Source: Podarcis melisellensis
Taxonomy: Eukaryota
Direction: 5' to 3' (one strand)
Assembly: GCA_964234715.1 (NCBI GenBank)
Contig: OZ174289.1
Length of the DNA: 64,000 nt
How positions within the stretch are numbered: position 1 is the first letter of the stretch; the number at the start of each line of letters is the position of its first letter. The notes under the pieces are model-generated. The model did not search any database, was not told the origin of the DNA, and worked only from the letters and a program-made list of their open reading frames with translations. Position numbers and translations under genes: made by a program. Below, in pieces: positions 11,686 through 21,523 of the stretch.

Positions 11686-12274
11686 ACTCAGTCTTAAGAG
11701 TATTTAGGCACCATCAGGCCCAGTACTGCGGCACTTCAGTGCTAGTTTCCAGTTATTTACTTATTATATTCGCATCCTGCCTTTTCATGCAAGGAGCTCA
11801 ATGTGGTGTACGTAGTTCTCATCTCCCCATTCTATCCTCATAACAAACTTGCTAGACAGGTTAGTCTGAGAGATGGGTTGACTGGACCAAGGTCACCCAG
11901 TAAGCTTCATGATTCAATATGAATTTAACCCACGTCCAGCTCTTTTAACTGTTACACTATACTGCAATATATTGGTATTGGAAGATATAGCCCACAGATC
12001 TCTCTGCAGGCTGTTTTTCAGTTTAGTTTCCGAAGAAGGCCTTTAAACTCACTGGGTAGATTTGAAAGTAAAACCTGTATTTTCCCCCAGCATCTCTGCA
12101 TTGGTTGCAAGGCTGCTGTCTGGGTTTTGAGTTTTTTGCTTGTTTTTTGTTTTGCAGTTTAAAGACTAATTTCATCAGTTGCGTGACACATTTTCTTGGG
12201 TTGCAGTTCTGTGAATAATGTTAGAAACTTTCGTGCTTTTGAGAACTTGTCAGGGATATAAGTGTAAATATATA

Positions 12275-12497
12275 CAGTGGTACCTCGGGTTAAGTACTTA
12301 ATTCGTTCCGGAGGTCCGTTCTTAACCTGAAACTGTTCTTAACCTGAAGCACCACTTTAGCTAATGGGGCCTCCTGCTGCTGCGCCGCAGGAGCACGATT
12401 TCTGTTCTCATCCTGAAGCAAAGTTCTTAACCTGAAGCACTATTTCTGGGTTAGCAGAGTCTGTAACCTGAAGCGTATGTAACCTGGGGTACCACTG
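12275..12497. mobile_element. Tc1/mariner MITE, family B
   Basis: TA|CAGTGGTACC...GGTACCACTG|TA. Confidence 0.85.
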
Positions 12498-13260
12498 TAA
12501 AAGGTTTGTTCATATATTGGTTTGCTATACTAAGATGAGATCATCCAAAGCAGCTTTTACATCATGCACCTAAGGGTAACACTTTAGGCATCTGACAAAA
12601 TGGGACCAGTGCACAAAAGCTTCTGTACTACAGGAGATGAAGTCAGCATAGTGCTCTCCAAACTTTCATAACCAGCTGCCTTTTACCAAGTTAGACCATT
12701 GGTCCATCTAGTTCAGTACTGTCTTCAGGGTTTCAGGTATGAGTCATTCCCAGCCCTATCTGAAAAAGCTGGGACCTACTGCATTCAAGGCAGATGCTCT
12801 ACCACTGACCTGCAGCCCTAATCATAAGAACATAAGAAGAGTTCTTCTGGATCAGGCTAATGGTCCATGTAACCACCAAGCAGAAATTGAGGTCACCAGC
12901 ACTCCCTCCTTCTCTGGTAGCCAGCAAGTAGTATATCCTACCTATGGTTATAAAATTTTAGGATGCACACACACAGCAAACATACACTCCACAGAAAACC
13001 AATCCTTCCATCATCAAAATTTAGGAAATATTCCCCGAGAAAACAGAACAATCCTAAAAAAACCATCTTGGCTCTCCTAATGAATTTATTTCCTCTGCAG
13101 AAGAGAATTTTTTCTTGATACATTAGTTCTTTCACTTCCAAATCCTGTCTTAAGGGCATACTTTGTGCATGAATAGGGTGGACCTGTGACCTGGATTCAA
13201 GAACTAAAGTATTTACTTCAAAAGAATAGCCAGACTGCCCAGGTAATGCAACCAGTAAAA

Positions 13261-13525
13261 CATGGGTAAGCAAACTAAGGCCGGGGGGGGGGGGCAAATC
13301 CGGCCCAATCACCTTCTAAATCTGGCCTGCAGATGGTCTGGGAATCAGAGTGTTTTTACATGGGTAGAATGTGTGCTTTTATTTAAAATGCACCTCTGGG
13401 TTATTTGTGGGTCATAGGAATTGGTTCATTTTTTCTTCTTCTTCAAAATATAGTCCACCCCCCCCTCCGACAAGGTCTGAGGGACAGTGGACCAGCCCCC
13501 TGCTGAAAAAGTTTGCTGACCCCTG
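13261..13525. mobile_element. hAT-Charlie-like MITE
   Basis: TIR CATGGGTAAGCAAACT...AGTTTGCTGACCCCTG; 8-bp TSD CAGTAAAA. Confidence 0.85.
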
Positions 13526-14379
13526 CAGTAAAACATTATCAGGTATTCTGGCAGATAGGAGAATAGCCACACTCTCAAATGTCTGTGGCAGACTGCCTCT
13601 TTCTGTGATATTTTTCTGGGTGGTCTTTGGCTAAGGAGTTGAGCAATGTTGAAAGTCTTTAAAGCGGCTTACAAACCTTTGCTCCGAACCTCTCATCTCT
13701 TTGCAAGGAGGGGGGAACTCTGTCACACAACAGAAAAATAAAGATCTGCCTTGCTTTCACTGGATCTTGCCTCCATCCATTCTTCTCTTACTGATCATGG
13801 ACTTAGGCGACTCAGAGTCTGTTGGGGAATTGGCAGAATTGGCAGCAAAAGCCAACCCCCCCTTTTTTTCTACAATACTAATATCAAACATCTCACACAC
13901 AAATGAGGCCTTGCTGGTGGTGCCACCATTGAGGGTTGTCTGGTTGGTCCTGACTCATGACAGGGCCTTATCAGTGGTGGTTTCAGGTTTGTCGTATGTC
14001 TTCTCTAGTGAGACTAGTCTGTCTCCAACGTTATTAACTTTCAGGAGGAATTTGAAATTGTCAAGCTTACCCAGATATTTGGTGGCTGAAAACCACTGAT
14101 CCTGGCAATCCTGAAAATAGTGGATGAAATGCCATTTTAGAACTGTTTTAAGAGTTTGCTTTTTTAAAACTGTGGATGGGTTTCCCACCTTGGGCTCCTT
14201 TGGGATGGATGAGATGAAAATTTAATAAATAAAAACAAATAAATTGGCCCTGGCCAGCGTGACCAACAATCAGCGATAAACTGGTTAGAGCAAGCGTGCG
14301 ATATGAATAAATGCAGTAAACAAAGGAGTAACCCACGTGGAAGCGCTTTAGGCACCCATAACACTAAATACAGTAATGT

Positions 14380-14630
14380 AAAGAAGAGGAGGAGTTTGGA
14401 TTTGATACCCCGCTTCATCATTACCCGAAGGAGCCTCAAAGCGGCTAACAGTCTCCTTTCCCTTCCTCCTCCACAACAAACACTCTGTGAGGTGAGTGGG
14501 GCTGAGAGACTTCAGAGAAGTGTGACTGGCCCAAGGTCACCCAGCAGCTGCATGTGGAGGAGCAGAGACACGAACCCGGTTCACCAGATTAGGAGTCTAC
14601 CGCTCTTAACCACTACACCACACTGGCTCT
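14380..14630 (-). mobile_element. Squam3-like (MIR/Ther1-derived) SINE
   Basis: Minus-strand tRNA-like head GAGAGCCAGTGTGGTGTAGTGGTTAAGAGC, CORE-like GTGACCTTGGGCCAGTCAC, (CTT)n tail. Confidence 0.75.
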
Positions 14631-14743
14631 CCAAAGCAATTAAGCATCCCTTCCTGCTTCGAAAACAGCATCCCGAGAACCCTAATTCCTCATTACGAAC
14701 TGACCAGGCTACTGTAATGCGAGATAAACACATGAAAATATAC

Positions 14744-14830
14744 CTGATGCATCTGCTTCTTCTTCGGTAACAGACCGAGGCAAATCAGTCCAGCACACGC
14801 GCCACGGGCTCCACTTCCGGTTGTTTTACA
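14744..14830 (-). other. TTF1: Putative non-coding first exon of TTF1
   Basis: CAG|GTATAT donor on the minus strand at 14744, next to an ETS site and a GC box; 5' boundary is approximate. Confidence 0.4.
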
Positions 14831-15665
14831 CCGTTTCCTCCCCTCAGCGGAAGGAGCGTGTTGACTTGCAAAGGCTAGAGCGCCTCGGCCGAACTTTCAA
14901 AATACGTTCCATCCCCGCCCCTGCGGGTTGGTTGGAGAGAGGAATAAACATCTCCCGAGAGGAGAGGCGGGACGCGTCTTTTCGGGAGGCCAGGAGCTTG
15001 TGCTAAACATGGGTGGGTTGGATTGGGTTCTGAGCGGCTATTTTAAGCAGAGCGATGTGTGTGACATACTCAGAGCTCCTTAGATAAAGGGTGATGTTAG
15101 AAAGCGGACCCAGGTAAGAGGCCAAGGCTCAAGCATCTGCTAAGCTACGGTGATCACTGCGTGTGGTTTTTGAGCCGGATAGCTTCTCTTTCTCGAAGCC
15201 TAAGCCCACTTCACAGGGTTGTTGTTGCGTCTGTCTCTGTAATAGCGTTACACAGCAGAAAGAAATAAGCACAATAAAGTACATGCACACGAACTGCGCC
15301 CTTCTAAAACGAAGAGTGCAGCCAAATCAATGAGCGATCAGAAACAATTTAAAAAATACAGGCGCAACTAGAATTTCGCTGTGAGTTCAAGGCAGCACGT
15401 GGAGTTTTGTTTTCCTTTTCTCCTGGTGACGCGAGAAACTCTGCCGTCCAATCAGCACCGGCCTAAGGTCCTGCGTTCCCGCCTCCCTTTCATTTGGCGC
15501 AACCTTCGCAGGGCGCGCAGGCGCCGTGCGTGCGGAGGCGAGCGAAGAGTTTTTGTGCGTGTGTGCTAACTATATATGTGTATATCTATATCCAACGCAT
15601 CGTCTCCGGCAGTGAGAATGACCCGCCTACTGTTTTATAAGTCTATGCAAAATGAGTAATAAGGC

Positions 15666-15803
15666 AGAAGAGCGGCAAGCCGAGTCTGAGGCGACTCTAC
15701 TGCTTTTCCTAACTCTAGGGTTGCGGGAGGGGAGAAGAGCGGCAAACAGAGCCTGAGGCGACTCTAGAGTTTTTCCTAACTCTAGGGTGGCGGGAGAGCG
15801 GGG
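15666..15803. repeat. Two-copy ~67-bp tandem repeat in the promoter
   Basis: agaagagcggcaa...gaggcgactcta...ttttcctaactctagggt at 15666 and 15733. Confidence 0.85.
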
Positions 15804-15989
15804 AGAAGGCTTTTTGAGCACGCGCGTTTGTGCTCTTGCCTCTCATTTACTTATCTACTATTGTGGGCGGAGCCAGGGAGGCGGGGCCAAGAGTCTAGAA
15901 AAAGGAGGCTCAGATGCCGGCTCGGTCTCTTTCGCTGGAGCGAGAGGCTTCCGTCCCGTGGTGGGCGGGGTCAGTGCCTGGCGGAACAG

Positions 15990-16103
15990 CTTGAGCGAGC
16001 GGAGAGAACGAGAGAGCGAGAGCCGGAGGCAGCAAGGTTGTCCGCGCCTACGGGCCGGCTGTGGCAGCCACGTTGCCTCACGGGCACCTGTCCGGAGCAG
16101 GAG
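15990..16103 (+). other. SETX: Putative non-coding first exon of SETX
   Basis: Strong donor GAG|GTGAGT at 16103/16104 inside the CpG island, downstream of GC boxes; start is approximate. Confidence 0.6.
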
Positions 16104-17660
16104 GTGAGTGAGGCGAGGGGCTGGCGGTGTGTGGGAGGCTTATGAGGGGCTGCGGCGAAGGTGTGGGGAGGAGGGCAAGGAGTAATACAGCAACTCAACA
16201 GTTGCTTATGGTTGCGGGGCTGGCACGGCTATTCCCCGCTTCAGGTACCCCCCGCAGCATCTCTCTGTCCCTCCAGTTCTGCATGTTAGAAAGTGCCTTT
16301 GCTGCATCCCTTTCCCCCCACTGTCAGGGGAGAGTCCCCGTGAAATGTGCGTGTAATTCGCATGTTACACTTAGGGTCGGTTCCGGGGGGTTCCTCGCGT
16401 GTCCGCGAAGTCTCTAAAAGACGGGAATTCTTGGGGTCGCTGCTGCTGCGCAGACGGCAAGGTGGAGGGCTGCTTACCGGGCTTTGGAAGAAGACGCGGG
16501 CGGTTCCCGGAGTTACTCGTGTAGCTGTATGTAGCCCCTCTTTCCTTATACGTGAAGTAACTTTAGCCCCTGAAGAGATGCACATTATACATTTGTAGCA
16601 TTGTTCTTTGTGGCAATTTGTAGCAATTCTATGCCAAACGGTACAGTTTAGTACAGTCTAATGTTTTTTAAATAACATTTTTTAAAAGTTAAATATTGTT
16701 TTGGTTTGCAAAAGTACATGCATTGTCTTTTTCAGGTTGTAGGCTTTTTTACATTTGAAGTGAGACATTAATGTTGTATGCAGAATAAAGTTGGGGAAGA
16801 AGAGGGGGGAGAGGGGGTGGGTTGGGCATGGTCATGCTTGGTCTTTGTGTGTGGTTTTTATGTCAGCGTCGCTTGGGTCGTTTCCCTTTCTATCCATTTA
16901 ATTTCCTTGGTACTGAGAGAGGTGGAGGGCAGGCATGGCTGGTTGTCTTTAGCGGGCTGCAGTGAGATTTGTTTGCCTGGGTGCATGGGGGGGATTGTTG
17001 GGTTGTTAGCCATATTGATTCATATATTGTTGGTGGGTTATTATTATCACTGCCTGCTTTGTAAGACAGCAGAAATATTGTCAAGGCCACAGGAGGATTA
17101 ACCCAGGGAACAGGCAATTAATGTGTTCCAAGAATGGGGATGAGGTGAGACAAGAGTTCTGTCCTTGCAGAAAATCCACAGAAAAATACAGCTGTAGTGT
17201 GTCCAAGTGCTACACCTCTGCTGTCAGGATCTGACCATTTTGCCATCCAGAGGGGAGTCTCAGGCTACTGAAAGAGTTTATCTGCTTTCCTTTGCTCTTT
17301 ACCTTCCTCATTCTCTGAATAAAATCCATTTAAGAAACAAGCTTGGTGTCCTTTATTGCCTACTTGAATCAAGAAAACCTTGGCCAGTTTGCCAGTACAG
17401 TAGCACCGTGGCAGAGCAACTGCTTTGCATTCAGAAGGTCCCAGGTTCAATCCTCAGCATCCCCAGGTAAAGCTGTGGAAGTGCCCTGTCTGAAACCCTG
17501 GTGAGTTGCTGCTGATGGACCAATGGTCTTGTCATGGTATGTGGCAGGTTTCTATGCTCCTATGCTGATGTGTTCTGCAAAAGTAGAGTTTAACTATCAA
17601 TTATAACTTCATAACGATTTATAAAGTGCCTAAAATCTAAACATTGGATAATGATTAAAA

Positions 17661-18383
17661 TAGGGTTACCAGATGTCCCCTGTTTCCGGGTACAGTCCCC
17701 GGATTTTCAAATCTGTCACCAGACAAATTCTGTCCCTGGAATGTCCCCAGATTTGCAAATCTGTCCCCGGAAAATGTGGCAGCAGCAGCCTCAGCAGCCT
17801 GGAGCCAGCCTGGTAGCACAGTTGGCTCTGGCTGGCTTCAGGAGCTGCCCGCTGCCGTGATGCCTGCCATTTTTCCTCGCCACTGCCAAAGTGGAACCAG
17901 GGACGTCCGGTGGTACAGATCCCCTGCCCCCTTTGTTCTGACTGATCGGGGGGGGGGTCGGGAGTTGTGGTTGGCCGTTGCCCAGTTTTTTAAAAAAACT
18001 CTGCGCATTCATGTTTCATGGTGCGAAAGAAGGGCTTTGCACCTTGCCTGGCAGGGAAACCATGTGCCTTGTGCCCCTCCTGGGCAACAGCCGCCTGCCC
18101 ATAACTCCCGAGCCTCCCCCAAACAAAGGGGGAAAGGGGCAGGAGATTAAGGAAGGCTCAGGTGTCACAGGTGGGTGGCGCGCCGTTGCCCAGTTTTTTT
18201 AAAAAAAACCCTGTGCATTTATGTTTCACAGGGTGCGAAAAAAAGGCTTTGCTCCTTTATACAATATGCATGTGTGCTTGGGCACAGTGTCTTTTGCCTC
18301 ACCATCCCCACTACTGACTCCCTGTTGCTACTCAGCTTCAAAAAAATGTCCCCAGATTCACTGAAAAAAATCTGGTAACCATA
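17661..18383. mobile_element. hAT (Blackjack-like) non-autonomous element
   Basis: TIR TAGGGTTACCAGAT...ATCTGGTAACCATA; 8-bp TSD GATTAAAA. Confidence 0.85.
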
Positions 18384-18986
18384 GATTAAAAAGAACGAAC
18401 CATGCCCATACACTTAGTCTTAAAAAATACCTACCCATAAGGAAGAGTAAGGACGTCAAAAGGAGATGCAGATACAGAGTTATGGCTTGGGATAATTCTG
18501 CTGTTTAAATAATGGCAATGCATGAAAGGTGTAGTTGTAGTGTCCCTGCACCTAGGCTGTGGAATTCCCTGATAATATTTAGGATGCACCATCAGCACTT
18601 TGTTTTAAATGCCTGCATTGAACATAGCCAAATTCATAATTTTATCACTCAGTTCCTTTGTTACGGCATATCACTGTACAGGTGCTTGCTTTTATGCTGT
18701 TCTACAGATGTGACTGCCACCTTGTTGATTTGTGCAGTATGCCTGTAAAATAAATGTATTGGGAGGTAGCAGGTTACAAAGAACAGGAAAGAAGTGAGTC
18801 AGGGACAGTAGTATTAGGAAGTAATCTGTGAGTAAGCAAAGAAAAAAATGAATTTGGCAGAGTGAAAGCAAATGGGAAAAAACCAAAGTAACAAATTTGG
18901 CTCATCTGCTTTAATGTGTATTTGGGGTAGACATTTATATTTTATTGTGGGGAAATTTTAATTGCCTTAAAGCAAGATTATCCAAA

Positions 18987-19350
18987 GGGACACGGGTGGC
19001 GCTGTGGGTAAAACCTCAGTGCTTAGGAGTTGCTGATCGTAAGGTCGGCGATTCGAATCCCCGCGGCGGGGTGAGCTCCCGTCATTCGGTCCCAGCTCCT
19101 GCCCACCTAGCAGCTTGAAAGCACCCCTAAGTGCAAGTAGATAAATAGGTACTGCTTTCTAGCGGAAAGGTAAACGGCGTTTCCGTGTGCTGCGCTGGTG
19201 CTGGCTCGCCAGTTGCAGCTTCGTCACGCTGGCCACGTGAACCAGAAGTGTCTTTGGACGGCGCCGGCTCCCAGCCTCTTAAGCAAGATGAGTGCGCAAC
19301 CCTAGAGTCGGACACGACTGGCCCGTACGGGCAGGGGAACCTTTACCTTT
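18987..19350 (+). mobile_element. Sauria SINE, full length
   Basis: GGGACACGGGTGGCGCTG head, ACCTTT tail; TSD AAGATTATCCAA. Confidence 0.9.
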
Positions 19351-19360
19351 AAGATTATCC

Positions 19361-20306
19361 AATAATAATAATAATAATAATTTATTATTTATACCCCGCC
19401 CATCTGGCTGGGCCTCCCCAGCCACTCTGGGCGGCTTCCATAAAAACCAAAAATACAGTAAAATATCACACGTTAAAAACTTCCCTGAACAGGGCTGCCT
19501 TAAGATGTCTTCTGAATGTCAGGTAGTTGTTTATCGCTTTGACATCTGCTGGAAGGGCGTTCCACAGGGTGGGCGCCACTACCGAGAAGGCCCTCTGCCT
19601 GGTTCCCTGTAGCTTTGCTTCTCGCAATGAGGGAACCGCCAGAAGGCATTCGGCGCTGGACCTCAGCGTCCGGGCAGAATGATGGGGGTGGAGACGCTCC
19701 TTCAGGTATACTGGACTGAGGCCGTTTAGGGCTTTAAAGGTCAGCACCAACACTTTGAATTGTGCTCGGAAACATACTGGGAGCCAATGTAGGTCTTTCA
19801 AGACCGGTGTTATATGGTCTCGGTGGCCGCTCCCAGTCACCAGTCTAGCTGCCGCATTCTGGATTAGTTGTAGTTTCCGAGTCACCTTCAAAGGTAGCCC
19901 CACGTAGAGTGCATTGCAGTAGTCTATGCGGGAGATTACCAGAGCATGCACCACTCTGGCAAGACAGTCCGCAGGCAGATAGGGTCTCAGCCTACGTACC
20001 AGATGGAGCTGGTAAACAGCTGCCCTGGACACAGATTTGACCTGTGCCTCCATGGACAGCTGTGAGTCCAAAATGACTCCCAGGCTGCGCACCTGGTCCT
20101 TCAGGGGCACAGTTACCCCATTCAGGACCAGGGAATCCTCCACACCTGCCCGCCTCCTGTCCCCCAGAAACAGTACTTCTGTCTTGTCAGGATTCAACCT
20201 CAATTTGTTAGCCGCCATCCATCCTCCAACCGCCTCCAGACACTCACACAGGACCTTCACTGCCCTCACTGCTTCCGATTTAAAAGACAGGTAGAGCTGG
20301 GTATCA
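19361..20306 (-). mobile_element. Young 5'-truncated L2 LINE (RT C-terminus, 3' UTR, (TAA)n tail)
   Basis: ORF 19466..20269: WMAANKLRLNPDKTE, LGVILDSQL, DYCNAL, QNAAARL, HITPVLKDLHWLPV; truncated at DTQLY. Confidence 0.9.
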
Positions 20307-21346
20307 AAAAGCAGTGAACAGTTTGTGTATTAAGGTTCCATAACTAAAGCTGAAGTTTGGGCACCCCTTCACTTGTGATCTTGTGCAGTTGATTTATCAC
20401 TCCAAATTTATAAGCTGCTTCTCCTCCCCAAAAGGAAGCTTTGGAGCTAAAACATTAACCAAACTACTGGGCATAATAGCAGTTAATATTCATTGTAAAA
20501 CTTCCTTAAATTGCATTGCGAAGGCAAATATTAATAAAAGTGTTAATATTCCTCCTGAGCGCAAACTAGGATGTGAGACTGCCTGGTTTGTCCTGGGAGC
20601 ACAATAGGTTGCCAGCACAGAGTTGTGCCTTTATTTTCAAGTGTTGGCAGATTCCTTGCTCATTTTGGCCCTGGATGGGGTTTTTTTTGGGGGGGGTGCG
20701 CGCGCGCGCATAATGGTCATGACTGAATGAATACCATCAAATCAATTTACATCTTAATGTTTGGCAAAATAAACAGCTGATGTACCAGTCTTAAGCATCT
20801 TTAGTTCAGGGCCACCGTGATGGTCACCAGAGTGCTTATCTCTTCCCTGTTTCTGAAAACCAGCAACAACTCTGATGCAGGGAACCATCTATTTTTGGCA
20901 AATATTTATGCTTTAACACAACCTACAGTATGTTGTGTTGCCTTGTCAGGCAGGAAGCTGGGAGATAGATGTATGTGGGGTGTGTGTAAAAGTTACATTG
21001 ACACAATAAGTCATTCGGTCACAAAATATTGATAGTTATTGTATGTACAGATGTGAACCTGTATTGTGGAGCTTCCCCCTGAGGTAACTGAGGAGGGGCT
21101 GTAGCTCAGTGATGGAGCTGCACCCACTTTGCATGCAGACAGTACAAGGTTCAGTCCCCAGCATCTCCAAGTAGGGCTTGGAATTGCCCCCTGTTGAGCT
21201 GATTTGGCAAGCTCATTTATGTTCTTATGCCAGGCTTGGTAATAGGCAACTTTCTGTGTTACTGAACTTGGCTCAGGTCATTTTTGTGTTCATGTTTTTA
21301 AATAATTAAAACAATAATTTCTCTTATTTTTGTGTTTATCTGCAGA

Positions 21347-21523
21347 ATGGAGACGTGCTGTTGGTGCACCCCTACTGATTCGGTTATCACCACCTTAAAG
21401 AACTATGCCTATTCTTTACTGCCTCCAGAAAAAATTGCTGCAGCCAATGAAGACCTTTGTTACTGTTTGGAGTGTGTGGATGAGTATCATAACGTGAAGG
21501 ATGATTTGTCATCCTTACATGAG
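21347..21523 (+). CDS. SETX: SETX coding exon 1
   Basis: tgcag|aATG start; GAG|GTAATT donor; METCCWCTP...SLHE. Confidence 0.95.

Larger units (their letters stand above)
14780..16560. promoter_or_regulatory. CpG-rich divergent promoter region for TTF1 (-) and SETX (+)
   Basis: High CpG density. ETS/GABP motif CACTTCCGG at 14812-14820. GC boxes near 14913, 15865, 15880 and 15963. Oppositely oriented CCAAT boxes near 15448 and 15492. NRF1-like GCGCAGGCGC near 15515. Confidence 0.75.

Noticed and set aside
18987-19075. tRNA-like sequences (also ~21096, ~47300, ~14560-14630)
   Set aside because: They are SINE heads with A/B boxes, continuous with SINE bodies; no complete cloverleaf.
19466-20269. 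267-aa ORF as a host gene
   Set aside because: It is an L2 ORF2 C-terminal fragment, 5'-truncated at the YADD region.
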